A stretch of DNA of 64,000 nucleotides, taken from contig MU063009.1 in the NCBI GenBank assembly GCA_013265495.1, forward strand, positions 581,560 through 645,559, given 5' to 3'. Numbering within the stretch: the first letter of the stretch is position 1; each line of letters opens with the position of its first letter. The position numbers and the translations under genes are program-made. The DNA comes from Vicugna vicugna. Its lineage: Eukaryota. Shown piece after piece: positions 51,576 through 62,718 of this stretch. The notes beneath the pieces were generated by a model. That model did not search any database, had not been told where the DNA came from, and saw only the letters and a program-made list of their open reading frames with translations.

Positions 51576-52886
51576 GAAAAGTGAACTTCTTGAATCCACA
51601 AGAAACTCTATCCCCAGAACAATGTGACAGGCACAGCCCCACCCTGGTCTTCCGACCAAGGACCCCGGACCCGGGATGTGCTGCATCTTCCCTGTGAACG
51701 AGATGCTGAGTCCTGCCAGTCATTAGGTCCCGAAAAAACCACAACTAGCAAGTTGGACTGGAATCTCCATGATCCATAGTGACCTAATGCGAAGCAGTAC
51801 AACCAGTTTTATCCAGCTAAACTGCACCTACCACCACATGAAATTGCTGGGCACAACACATTTGAGCCTCTTTGAATCGGTCAGGATGGAGTCAAGGTTA
51901 TTTGAATCGTATGATATGGGTTCTGACAGTTCAAAGCTGGTTTTTATCCAATTTGAACAATACTGAGCCAGTATAATGTTGAACTCATCACAACAAGGTT
52001 GAGCCAGAGAATTCATTTTTAACCAGTCTGAACTGGGTTAGCCTGGTTCAAACCAGTCCCTTGAAAGGGAATTTGAGGGCTGGAATTTCCCAGATGTTAA
52101 TTCTTTACTAAAAAAAAAAGAAAACCAGAGTAGAAAAGGTTTAAAGTTACCTATTTTTGAAGATGAACTGAACTTGCTCCCATAAATACTCACGAAAATT
52201 AATCACTAGCTTATTGAAAGAATTAGTAAGTTTCACACTGTTTATTGTAACATACTAGCAAGAACAGGAAACAGCCTCCTGGTAAAGAGAAAGACTCTAT
52301 TTAAGAGGCTCTTTACTGTGTGCTTGGAGCACATCCCCAAGGAGCTGTCAGAGGTCACCTGACTCCCCTTCGGATAACAGCCAAGCAGGCATGCATTCCA
52401 CACCAAAGTAATACAGAACAGATCTGCTGGGGTTTTTTAATTAAATGTGGGAATGCAGTATTAACCTCCTCAAAAAAGATAGGAGAGTGGAAAGAAATAG
52501 AGTCTTAAAAAAATAAATAACATCCTGAATTTGGGTGCAATTATATCCACCCTAATCAAAAGTCTTAGATCGTAATTAGCTGCTTATACGGATACATCTC
52601 AATCCATTAATTTAATCCTCAGTGTCATGGGTGAGGCCGTTACTGAAGGTGTAATTAAATGGGAGTCTCCTGTTCCCTGAGCAACTGGACCTCCCGCTCC
52701 CACTGATGACATGGGCTTATGAAGGGTTCCATCAAATGCCCGAGCACCTTGTCTTATTATAGAACTGTCTTCACCTTGAAGGTGCGCTTTCCAAACAAGC
52801 TTTGCAGGAGAAAACCAAAAGTAAAAGTACCCTTTGCTTTGACATAAAAATGCAACTGCCCCTTGAAAGAAAGTTCAGTCACTTAC

Positions 52887-52923
52887 CAGCCACAAAGCTT
52901 GGGAATGACGCCACCTTCTTTGT
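52887..52923 (-). CDS. APBA2: APBA2 37-nt exon (TKKVASFPSFVA)
   Basis: cctaacag| acceptor, G|gtaagt donor; phase 0 to 1, required to restore frame between exons 54200 and 39935. Not in the ORF track. Confidence 0.93.
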
Positions 52924-53262
52924 CTGTTAGGAAATATGAAAACACACACACACAGAGAACAGAGGTAAGTAGTTGGCCCATAAGATCTAGGCTGAGATGA
53001 TTACCATAATGTGAAAAGCTAAACCCCATGAGTGACTGGTGCTTCCAGGAATCAGCTCCATGGAGAAAACCATTGTCTGTCAGGCACCATGATGTTTGGG
53101 TGGGGTATATGCAACCAATTCTCATGGGAAAATTTGGGCTACAAAAGACCATCAGCTAAAACCTAGGGACCCCCAGATTAGCATGTCACTGCTAGAAAAA
53201 GAAACTAGGGACCATACACCCAACGGTTCTCCAACTGGGGGTATGAAAATTACCAGGGCATA

Positions 53263-53454
53263 CTGTGTAGCACAGGAAGATATACACAAGATCTCGTGGT
53301 AGCTCACAGCGAAAAACAATGTGACTGTGAATATATGTATGTTCATGTGTAACTGAAAAACTGTGCTCTGCACTGGAATTTGACACAACATTGTAAAATG
53401 ACTGTAACTCAATAAAAAAAAAGTATAAAAAAAAGAAAGAAAAGAAAAAGAATG
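53263..53454 (+). mobile_element. Short young L1 3' end (camelid-type)
   Basis: 13-bp TSD ttaccagggcata at 53250-53262 and 53455-53467; AATAAA plus A-rich tail. Confidence 0.88.
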
Positions 53455-53662
53455 TTACCAGGGCATATCTTTAAAACCAAGATAAAGGCGATTGGACACC
53501 ACACCATGGGTGGTCATAGTTATTTCATCAAAGTTAGAAAAATCTCATCCGGATTATGTAATCCAGAAAAGGAAAATCACCTGCTTAAGGCCTCACTTTA
53601 ATAACCTCCATTATGGCGGTGTACACACGGGATTGTTTTTTTAAATCACGTAGTCAGTTAGG

Positions 53663-53860
53663 ATAGTGGTTCTCCTGTCTGAATGGTTTTTGTCTCCAAG
53701 GGGACACTTGGCAATATCTGTAGAATCTTTGGTGGTCACAACTTGGGGAGGAGGGTTGCTACTGGCACCTAGTAGGTAGAGGACAGGGATGCAAAGGACA
53801 GCCCTTCACAAGGAAAGATCTGGTCCCAGATGTCAATGGTGCCTCCGCTGAGTAACCTTG
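53663..53860 (+). mobile_element. MER20 relic
   Basis: ggggacacttggcaatatctg...gtcacaacttgggg...gctactggcacctagtaggtagagg matches MER20. Confidence 0.8.
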
Positions 53861-54199
53861 TTTTAGGACATGATTGTTAGATAACAGGATAGAGTGAATT
53901 TCTGTCCAATCGGGGAGCACCGGTGACCCCCCGCCCCACGCACCACAGGCAAAACACAAACACGCCACAGTGGGGGCCTGGATCCACAGGAAAGGGCCTT
54001 CTCCTCCTCCTCCAGAGCCAGTGGCCCTCACCGCCTCCTCCAACAGGGACACCAGACTTTGCTTAAGCAGACTTCCTCCCTCCCTCCCAGGCACCAGGTG
54101 GGACAGGACCATCTTGCAGAAGGCGAGCAGAGAAAGTACGGGGCAGGCAGCTCCAACGTCAGGACCCTGGGCGAGAACCCTCATCCTTGGAAAAGTTAC

Positions 54200-54280
54200 C
54201 TCTGGGATGTTGTTATTGTCAACTGGTCCATTGAGATCAGAACGCTGCTGCTTCCGTGGCTGCTCCAAACCATTGCAAAC
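54200..54280 (-). CDS. APBA2: APBA2 exon ([27 protein letters not shown]), most 5' APBA2 exon in the window
   Basis: 81 nt, phase 0 to 0, ttacag| and |gtaact flanks; matches the recalled Mint2 linker. Confidence 0.95.
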
Positions 54281-54493
54281 CTGTAAACCGGAAGTTAAAG
54301 GTCAAGATGGTGTTTTCAGGCGTTAGAAAAACAAACCAAGATACACACCTGGAGATACAATATGATACAATTTGGTAAAATGCATGTATCTAGAGGTAGG
54401 TATCTGGTTGCAGACAGATATAATTTAATTGAGCTTTTCTGCCATAACATATGCTTTCATACTTCTAAAAAGTTATTATTTATTATTATTCTT

Positions 54494-54614
54494 TTGGGGG
54501 ATAGGTAATTAGGTTTATTTATTCATTTATTTTTTTAATGGAGGTGCTGGGGATTGAACCCAGGACCTCGTGCATGCTAAGCACACACTCTACCACTGAG
54601 CTATACCCTCCTCC
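54494..54614 (-). mobile_element. tRNA-derived SINE (Vic-1-like)
   Basis: Reverse A/B boxes; 15-bp TSD tttattattattctt at 54479-54493 and 54615-54629. Confidence 0.9.
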
Positions 54615-54629
54615 TTTATTATTATTCTT

Positions 54630-55265
54630 AATTGTGGTAAGATGTCTATAACATAACATCAGCCATCTTAAATAACCATTGTTAACAACAGTTCAATGGC
54701 ATTAATACTTTCACGTTATTGTGCAGCCATCACTGTCACCCATCTCCAGAACTCTTTTCATCTTATAAGACTGAAACTCTGTCCACATTAAACTCTAACT
54801 TCCTCTTCCCTCTGCCCCTGGCCCCTGGCAATCACCAATTGTCTCTGTCAATTTACTCTAGGTATTTCGTAGAAGTGGAATCATACAAGATTTGTCTTTT
54901 TGTGACTTCACTGAGCACAATGTCCTCAGAGTTCAACTATTGTGGCGGGTGTCAGGAAGTCTTTCCTTTTCAAGGCTGAATAATATTCCACCCTTTGTAC
55001 AGACTGCATTTTGTTTTTCCATTCTTCTATCCATGGACACCTGGATTGCTCCAACCTTTTGGCCATCGAGAACAGTACTGTTGTGAACATGGGCGTACAA
55101 ATATCTCTTAGAGTCCTTGCCTTCAATTCTTTGGGTATATATATACCCAGAAGTAGAACTACAGGATCATAGGGTAATTTTACTTTTTATCTTTTGAGGA
55201 AATACCTCACTGTTTTTCCTAGCAGCTAAACCATTTTACATTTCCACCAACAGTGTCCAAGGGTC
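54630..55265 (-). mobile_element. Old L1 (L1MB-like) 3' end
   Basis: ttgtgcagccatcac...gtggaatcatacaa...gtgaacatgggcgtacaaatatctct...ccattttacatttccaccaacagtg. Confidence 0.8.
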
Positions 55266-57068
55266 AAAATTATATTTCTAAAAAAACCCCTAAATTCTTA
55301 GTCAAATGCAAACTCTAAAATCTAAATTATTTCATTAATGCAAATTAGTCAATCTACCACTAGAGAAAAAAAAATCCCAAGGACATGTCATAAATCTTCT
55401 CTTAAAGGAGACATCAAACCAAAATTTCTCTTACTTCAAAATGAGCAAAATTTCAAGTTTAGGTCTATTTCCTCTACTTGTTGCCCTGTACCATCCAGAA
55501 GAAAGACACCAGACCCACAGCACTGGAATCACTGTCCAAACCCCAGACGAGATGCTGGTGAGCCCGCACATTAAGTCAAGTTCCAGAACTTTTTGGCAAT
55601 AAATCATCAAGCAGTAGCACTATGATGATGACAATGACATTAATAAGTTTTATTGATATTATCAGTATGAACATACTTACATCTACATTATATTTATTTA
55701 TAACTAAGTTACTTATATATTTATAAATATGTATATATATTATTTATAACAGCCTTTCTCATGTAAGATTTATTTGTATTTATAAATAACATTTGTTTAT
55801 AAATAACTTAAGGAATATTATCCTTTCCCATGTGAGACAGATGTTCCCTCTCCCACTTTACAGGTGAGAGGACTGGGGCCCCACATGTGGACACTAATGG
55901 CCAGGTTCCCATAGGCACTGGTGGCACAGAAATGTGTCGCATCTTCCCTGCCCTCGACTGTCACTGTCACTGTCACATCCTGTGACATCACTCAATTTCT
56001 CTGCAGGGATTAGAGAAAAATGAAAAGCACCCCCACTCCCGCCCGTTCTTAACACTGATGGGAATAGGGAGGTGCGATGGACCAGGCAGACCAGGGACTC
56101 CTGGCTGAGTGTCCCCTCCGTGACTACAGACACCACTGGATTTCAGAGGCCATGGGAGCGGAGGAGGGTGGCTCCAACAGGACATGGACAGAGTCTGGCT
56201 GGGCTTTAAGGATGGGGAAGATTTGTGCACCGAGGAAGGAGGGAAAGCATAGCAACATCCTGCTGACATCAGGGCTTGCTCAATCCGTGGAAGAAATAGG
56301 GCCTTCTGGGAGCCAAGGGGGTTCAGGGCACAGCTAGGGCTCAGGTGCATCAGATGTCTGGTTGCTCCCTGCTTCCTTGCTGGCACCCAAAGGACTGCCC
56401 TGACCCCTATGCCCTGTGAGCTCCCAGACCACATGGGGGGCCCCGACCCTGCCCCGCTGTCCCAGTCCATCCCAAGGTGGGGCTGGGGGCTCTGGTTTGT
56501 CTGCACTGCTGGGACGCTGCTCTCCCTGTCACAGCCCTCTTCTGGGACTGATATCCTCCTCTGGGTGACAGGACTGTGATCCTCCCCCATGGATCCCGTG
56601 CTGATGAAGCTGCATGGACAGTGCCCTCCCTGCAGGGCTGAGCCTGGAGAGGCCCACTCCTGCCAGGGTCCCAGTGGAGCCAGGCTCATTCCTGAACTCC
56701 CAATGGACTGGTCCCATGGCCCTGCTACAGACCAGACACACCACAAAAAACCTCCCATAGGTCCAGAGAGGTCTCTCACTTACAATGCTGCTCCCAAGAG
56801 CTGTAAGTAAAACTGTAATGTGGCACATCCCCCAAGCAACCCTCTACTGTCCTGTCCTCTTGTCTATTTCATGGTCCACTTAGAGTCAGCATTTTACTCA
56901 CTGGTCTGAAACCTCTAACCTGAGACCTTTCCTAGGCTGAGTTCATGAACTTCATTTCCTGAAGACCCGCCCTTTTTTCCTAGGAGTCAAACGGGCCCTA
57001 GTTATTCTCCAAAAACCCCCAAGAAACAAATCAACTAACCAAAAAATGAAAGCGGGGTCAACCACACC

Positions 57069-57429
57069 TACTACACACTGAATGCTTGTGTCCTCCCCCA
57101 AATCAGATGTAGAAGCCTGACCCCCAAGGAGTGGTGTTAGGAGCTGGGGTCATAGGGAGACGATTAGGATTAGACGAGGTCGTCAGGGTGGAGCCCCGAG
57201 GAATGGGATCAGTGTCCTTATAAAAGAGACCCCAGAGTGCTCCCCCATCCTTACTGCATAGGACTTAAAAGACATCTGTCTATAAAAGTGGGCTCTCACC
57301 AGACACCAAATCTGCTGGTGCCTTGATCTTGGACTTGAAGCCTCCAGAACAGTGAGAAAGCAATGTCTGCTGTTTCTAAGTCCCCTGGTATATGACGTTC
57401 TGTTGTAGCACCCTGGAAGGATTAAGGTA
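57069..57429 (+). mobile_element. MLT1A-like MaLR solo LTR
   Basis: gggatcagtgtccttataaaagagacc...caccagacaccaaatctgctggtgccttgatcttggactt. Confidence 0.82.
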
Positions 57430-59689
57430 ACACTCCTTCTATGGATGTTACAGCTTGGGGTGGAACCTAATTTTTCTGGCAGAAAGCCGGCCCTAAACGT
57501 GGCAACAGACTCTCTTCGAGGTGCCAAATACATGATGGGAAAAGGTGACACAAAGACTGCTGTTCACCTTGTGGCAAGTGAGAGAGGTATTCTTCCCAGG
57601 GGACGCAGCTCCAAGGGGTTAGGGTTTGGCCAGGGGAACACAGGCTGGAGGTCGGTGCCCCACACTCATCCACAGGACACCTCAGGGTGGGGCCACAGTG
57701 TGCGGTGACCATGGGCAACACAAGGTCTTGGGTCCACTTATAATGGCAACTTCTCCCTATAGCTTCTCCAGGCTCCACCCTTCCCTCCATGCCCACATCT
57801 TCTCTAAATCCCTCCAACCACTCATCACCATGACAACCACATCTCCTAATAAACAGCCAAGGTTGTTTCCAGAGAGGCAGGAGGGTGGGCCTGTGCTGCT
57901 TCTTCTGGGAAGAACCCATCTGGTGCCTTAGTTTTCATTTCAAGGGGCAGGGTGGGAAGCTTGGCAGCACGGGACATAGCCTCTGAAATAAACATGGTTA
58001 GAGGCCCACGTGTCTTTGGGGCTCCTGGCAACTGAGATGAACATGCTACCTGAATTCTTTTGTGCCCTCCCCAAGGTACAGCAGCCAGGCGTACCCCAAG
58101 GTAAGCTGCAGGCCAGGGTCACCGCATCCTTCACAGCCAGCAGAGAAAGCTGGATCATGTCCTTTCTCAGGTAACTGTGGTGCAGGGTTCCTGGTGCCAC
58201 CAGCTAGACCTGCATCAGCCACCCACTTAGAGAAGGAGGGAGTGAAATGTGTGGAGAGAAGTAATGTTAACATGGTGGGGAACCCCTGACCCTCTCTTCG
58301 TGGGGCCCTGAGAACAGAACATGATGCTACAGCACATGCTGGTCATAAAATGCCAGGACCATGGACAGCTGCTCAAGGCAGATGATTGCCTGTAATAAAA
58401 ATATACTAATTTGAATAAATTGCTCTAATAAATATCTTGGCTCCAGTGGGTGAAACTAAAGCTAGAATTTTTTTTAACGTGTCCATTCTGATTGTGTCTG
58501 CCTGATTAAACTGAAAATACGTCAATTCAACCCACATCGCTTTGGAGGGAGTAACAGCAAATGCTCGTACTTACACCGTCTGTAACAAAGGCCATGTGTG
58601 TCCAAGCCCTGTCCTGGATGACAAGCATGTGAGTGACACATAGGGAGGTCCAGTGAGGGACACACAGCATCAGCTCAAAGCCAGGTGAGTCACTACTTCC
58701 CACCTGACCGTCCCTCCCCCCAAACATGTCAGAGAAACCCCAGGTGCTCCAGTGTGGCCACTCAGGGAAGGGACAGCCTTCTCTGGGAATCATTTCTTGC
58801 TCCCTGTTTTCAAAGGCGTTGGTCAACCCTACTCATCTGATATTCCAGCCCAGATGCCCTCATCCGTCCAGCTTAGGAGGGGTGGCTGGGACAACGACAT
58901 GGAAGTGCTCCTGTCGGACCGAGCCGAGAGTACGACCCACCAGGGGCCACCAGAAAGTTTGACTCAGCCCCTTCCACATCTCCTCCCAAAAGCCATCCAT
59001 TCCATCTGTCCACTGGCAAATGGCTCAGAAAAATGACAAAACTGTTCTTATGACTCAGGATACTCGGGGATATTTATCTGGAGGAGAAGAGCTTGGATAA
59101 AGTCTTTTTTCTCCTCAGTATGATCCCCATGGGGAAGATCGCATCTTTCCGAAGTTGATCTCTGGCTTAAAAAAGTCAGGACGAGATCCACTGGGGAACC
59201 CACTGTGGGCCCAGCCTTGTCCTCTGAGACATGTCTGCTGAAATCTCCGGGCCCCTGACTGCCAGGACCTCCTGAGACTTACTCTACTTCATCATTCACT
59301 CTCTTTTCATGGAGTCCCAGGAAGGGCAGGCAGCACCAGGGGGCACCAGCATTTCAGAGCAGAACCTCTGTTCTTCTAAACCAGTCTCTACATTTTCACC
59401 CATTATCCAAAGGCTGCATCCATGTGGCCAGTCCCATGCAAGCACCTGCTGTGTGTCCTGCAGGGGACAGGGTACCCCTAGGAGGACCAGAAGATGCACA
59501 TAACCAAGGTCCTGGCCTGGGACAGCTCCCACTCCAGCACAGAGGTGGAACTCAGTGGTCCTGCTGGCCTCAGGCTCTAGGGTTACGAGCCAGGGTAAAA
59601 ACCAGCACACATGTCCACTAAGGCCATTCTGGAACAATGGTGAGTCTAGACACTGGATCATCAGGGTTGTTCATTTTTTTAAATTTGTG

Positions 59690-60124
59690 CATAACTAGAA
59701 CCATCATGCCTTGCTGGTGGGAATATGAAATGTTCAGCTGCTGTGGGAAATAGTTTGTGATTCTTTACAAAATCAAACAGTAAATGCCCATGTGACTCAG
59801 TAATTCCACTCTTAGATGCGGACCCAAAAGACCTGAAAGCAGGCGTCTGCACAAACACTGGTACAGGAACAGTCAGGGTCACACTATTCACAATAGTCAA
59901 AAAGTGGAAACAATCCAAATGTCTGTCAGTGGGCAGATGGATAAACAAAACGTGCTCCACCTATGCAGGGGAATATTATTCAGCCATAAAAAGGGAGTGA
60001 GGTCCTGACATGTGCTACAACATGGGTGAGCCCAGAAAACATGATGCTCAGTGAAAGAAGCCAGACACAAAAGGTCACGTATTATACAATTCCATTTCGA
60101 ATTCTAGAAATAGGCAAACCTACA
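59690..60124 (+). mobile_element. Old L1 (L1MB-like), left part, split by Tigger1
   Basis: ctattcacaatagtcaaaaagtggaaacaatccaaatgtc...cagtgaaagaagccagacacaaaagg. Confidence 0.8.
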
Positions 60125-62505
60125 CAGGCATACTTTTTTTTTTTTACTGTGCTTTACTTTGCTGTGCTTTGCAGCTACTGCATTTTTTTTTTTAACAAAT
60201 TGAAAGTCTGTGGCGACCCTCCGCTGAGCAAATCTACTGGTGCCATTTTTTCCAACAGCACATACTGGCTTGGTGTTTCTGTGTCATATTTTGGTTAATT
60301 CTCACAATAGCTCAAAGTTTTTCAAGATTATTATATTTATTACGGTGATCAGTGATCTTTGATGTTACAATTGTAATTGTTTGGGGGCCCCACAANNNNN
60401 NNNNNNNNNNNNNNNNNNNNNNNNNNNNNNNNNNNNNNNNNNNNNNNNNNNNNNNNNNNNNNNNNNNNNNNNNNNNNNNNNNNNNNNNNNNNNNNNNNNN
60501 NNNNNNNNNNNNNNNNNNNNNNNNNNNNNNNNNNNNNNNNNNNNNNNNNNNNNNNNNNNNNNNNAGTGTTCAAGTGAAAACAGCTGCACATCTCTCACTT
60601 TAAATCAAAAGCTAGAAACGATTCAGCTCAGTGAGGAAGGCACGTTGAAAGCATGGGTAGGCCGAAAGCTGGAACTCTTGCACCAAATAGTTAGCCAAGC
60701 TGTGAATGCAAAGGGAAAGCTCTTGAAGGAAATTAAAAGCGCTGCCCAACTGANNNNNNNNNNNNNNNNNNNNNNNNNNNNNNNNNNNNNNNNNNNNNNN
60801 NNNNNNNNNNNNNNNNNNNNNNNNNNNNNNNNNNNNNNNNNNNNNNNNNNNNNNNNNNNNNNNNNNNNNNNNNNNNNNNNNNNNNNNNNNNNNNNNNNNN
60901 NNNNNNNNNNNNNNNNNNNNNNNNNNNNNNNNNNNNNNNNNNNNNNNNNNNNNNNNNNNNNNNNNNNNNNNNNNNNNNNNNNNNNNNNNNNNNNNNNNNN
61001 NNNNNNNNNNNNNNNNNNNNNNNNNNNNNNNNNNNNNNNNNNNNNNNNNNNNNNNNNNNNNNNNNNNNNNNNNNNNNNNNNNNNNNNNNNNNNNNNNNNN
61101 NNNNNNNNNNNNNNNNNNNNNNNNNNNNNNNNNNNNNNNNNNTAACCAGAGAGAAGTCAATGCCTGGCTTCCAAGCTTCAAAGCACAGGCTGACTCCCTA
61201 GTTAGCGGCCAATGCAGCTGGTGACTTCAAGCTGAAACCAGGGCTCATTAATCATCCTGAAAATTCTAGGCTCTTATGAATTATGCCAAAGCTATTCTGT
61301 CTGTGCTCTACCGATGGAACAACAAAACCTGGATGACAGCACATCTGTTGACAACATAGTTGACTGAATATTTTAAGGCCACTGCTGAGTCCTACTGCTT
61401 GGGGCAAAAAAATAGACTCCTTCCAAAATATTACTTCTCATTGACAATGTACCTGGTCATCTAAGAGCTCTGATGGGGATGTAGAATGAGATGAATGTTG
61501 TTCTCAAGACTGCTAACACAGCATCCATCCTACAGCCCGTAGATCAAGGAGTCATTTCAACTTTCAAGTTTATTTTTTAAGAAATACATTTTGTAAGGCT
61601 ATGGCTGCCAGAGAGAGTGATTCCGCAGGTGGATCTGGGCAAAGGCAACTGAAAACCCTCTGAAAAGGATTCACCACTCTAGNNNNNNNNNNNNNNNNNN
61701 NNNNNNNNNNNNNNNNNNNNNNNNNNNNNNNNNNNNNNNNNNNNNNNNNNNNNNNNNNNNNNNNNNNNNNNNNNNNNNNNNNNNNNNNNNNNNNNNNNNN
61801 NNNNNNNNNNNNNNNNNNNNNNNNNNNNNNNNNNNNNNNNNNNNNNNNNNNNNNNNNNNNNNNNNNNNNNNNNNNNNNNNNNNNNNNNNNNNNNNNNNNN
61901 NNNNNNNNNGCATTTTGCTTCTTAGAGGCGAGAAAAGAAGGTGGTTTTTTCAGATGGAATTTACTCCTGGTGAAGATGCTGTGAGGACTGTTGAAATGAC
62001 AATCAAGGATTGAGACTATGACATTAACTTAGTTATTNNNNNNNNNNNNNNNNNNNNNNNNNNNNNNNNNNNNNNNNNNNNNNNNNNNNNNNNNNNNNNN
62101 NNNNNNNNNNNNNNNNNNNNNNNNNNNNNNNNNNNNNNNNNNNNNNNNNNNNNNNNNNNNNNNNNNNNNNNNNNNNTGTTGTCTTATTCTCAGAAATTTC
62201 CACAGTGACCTCAACCTTCCTTAGCCACCTGATCAGTAAGCAGCCATCAGGATCGAGGCCAGAACCTCCACTAGCAAAATGATTACAACTTGCTGAAGGT
62301 TAGTACTTTTTAGCAATTTAGTATTTTTAAGTTAAGACATGCACATTGTTTTTTTAGATACTATTACATACCTAATAGACTACAGGACAGTGTAAACATA
62401 AGTTTTATATGCACTGAGACACCAAAAAAAATTGTGTGACTTGCTTTATTTCAATATTCACTCTGCTGCAGTGGTCTGGAAGCAAACCCACACTATCTCA
62501 GCTTG
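60125..62505 (+). mobile_element. Near-full-length decayed Tigger1 (TcMar/pogo) DNA transposon
   Basis: caggcatac start and gtggtctggaagcaaaccc...ttg|ta end. The fragment [25 protein letters not shown]...LLKEIKS resembles the Tigger1 transposase CENP-B-type HTH. In-frame TAG at 61199-61201. Partly N. Confidence 0.9.
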
Positions 62506-62718
62506 TATAGAGAGAAAACAGATTTGTCTTCGTTACCAGGTGCTAGAAGTGGGGAGACTGCTTAATAAATATGGGGTCTCCTTTTAGGGTGTTGAAAATG
62601 TTCTGGAACTAAACAGTGGTGGTTGCCCAACACTGTGCTAGACGCCATTGAATTGCACACTCCAAAATGGTTAAAATGGTAAATTTCATGTTATGTGTGT
62701 ACGGCTACCATTTTAAAG
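62506..62718 (+). mobile_element. Old L1 3' UTR, right part, continuing after Tigger1
   Basis: tagagagaaaacagattt...gaaaatgttctggaacta...aaaatggttaaaatggtaaatttcatgttatgt. Confidence 0.8.

Noticed and set aside
51790-52080. Short inverted repeats (e.g. ctggtt-ca-aaccag) suggesting a structured RNA
   Set aside because: Stems are only about 6 bp with no snoRNA or miRNA hallmarks; possibly an old repeat I cannot name.
55988-56779. 263-aa - strand ORF
   Set aside because: Low-information GC-rich translation with no family resemblance. APBA2 needs no exon here that I can match.
60381-61682. Tigger1 ORF as a functional or domesticated transposase
   Set aside because: The ORF length is inflated by Ns, there is an in-frame TAG at 61199-61201, and residues are decayed.
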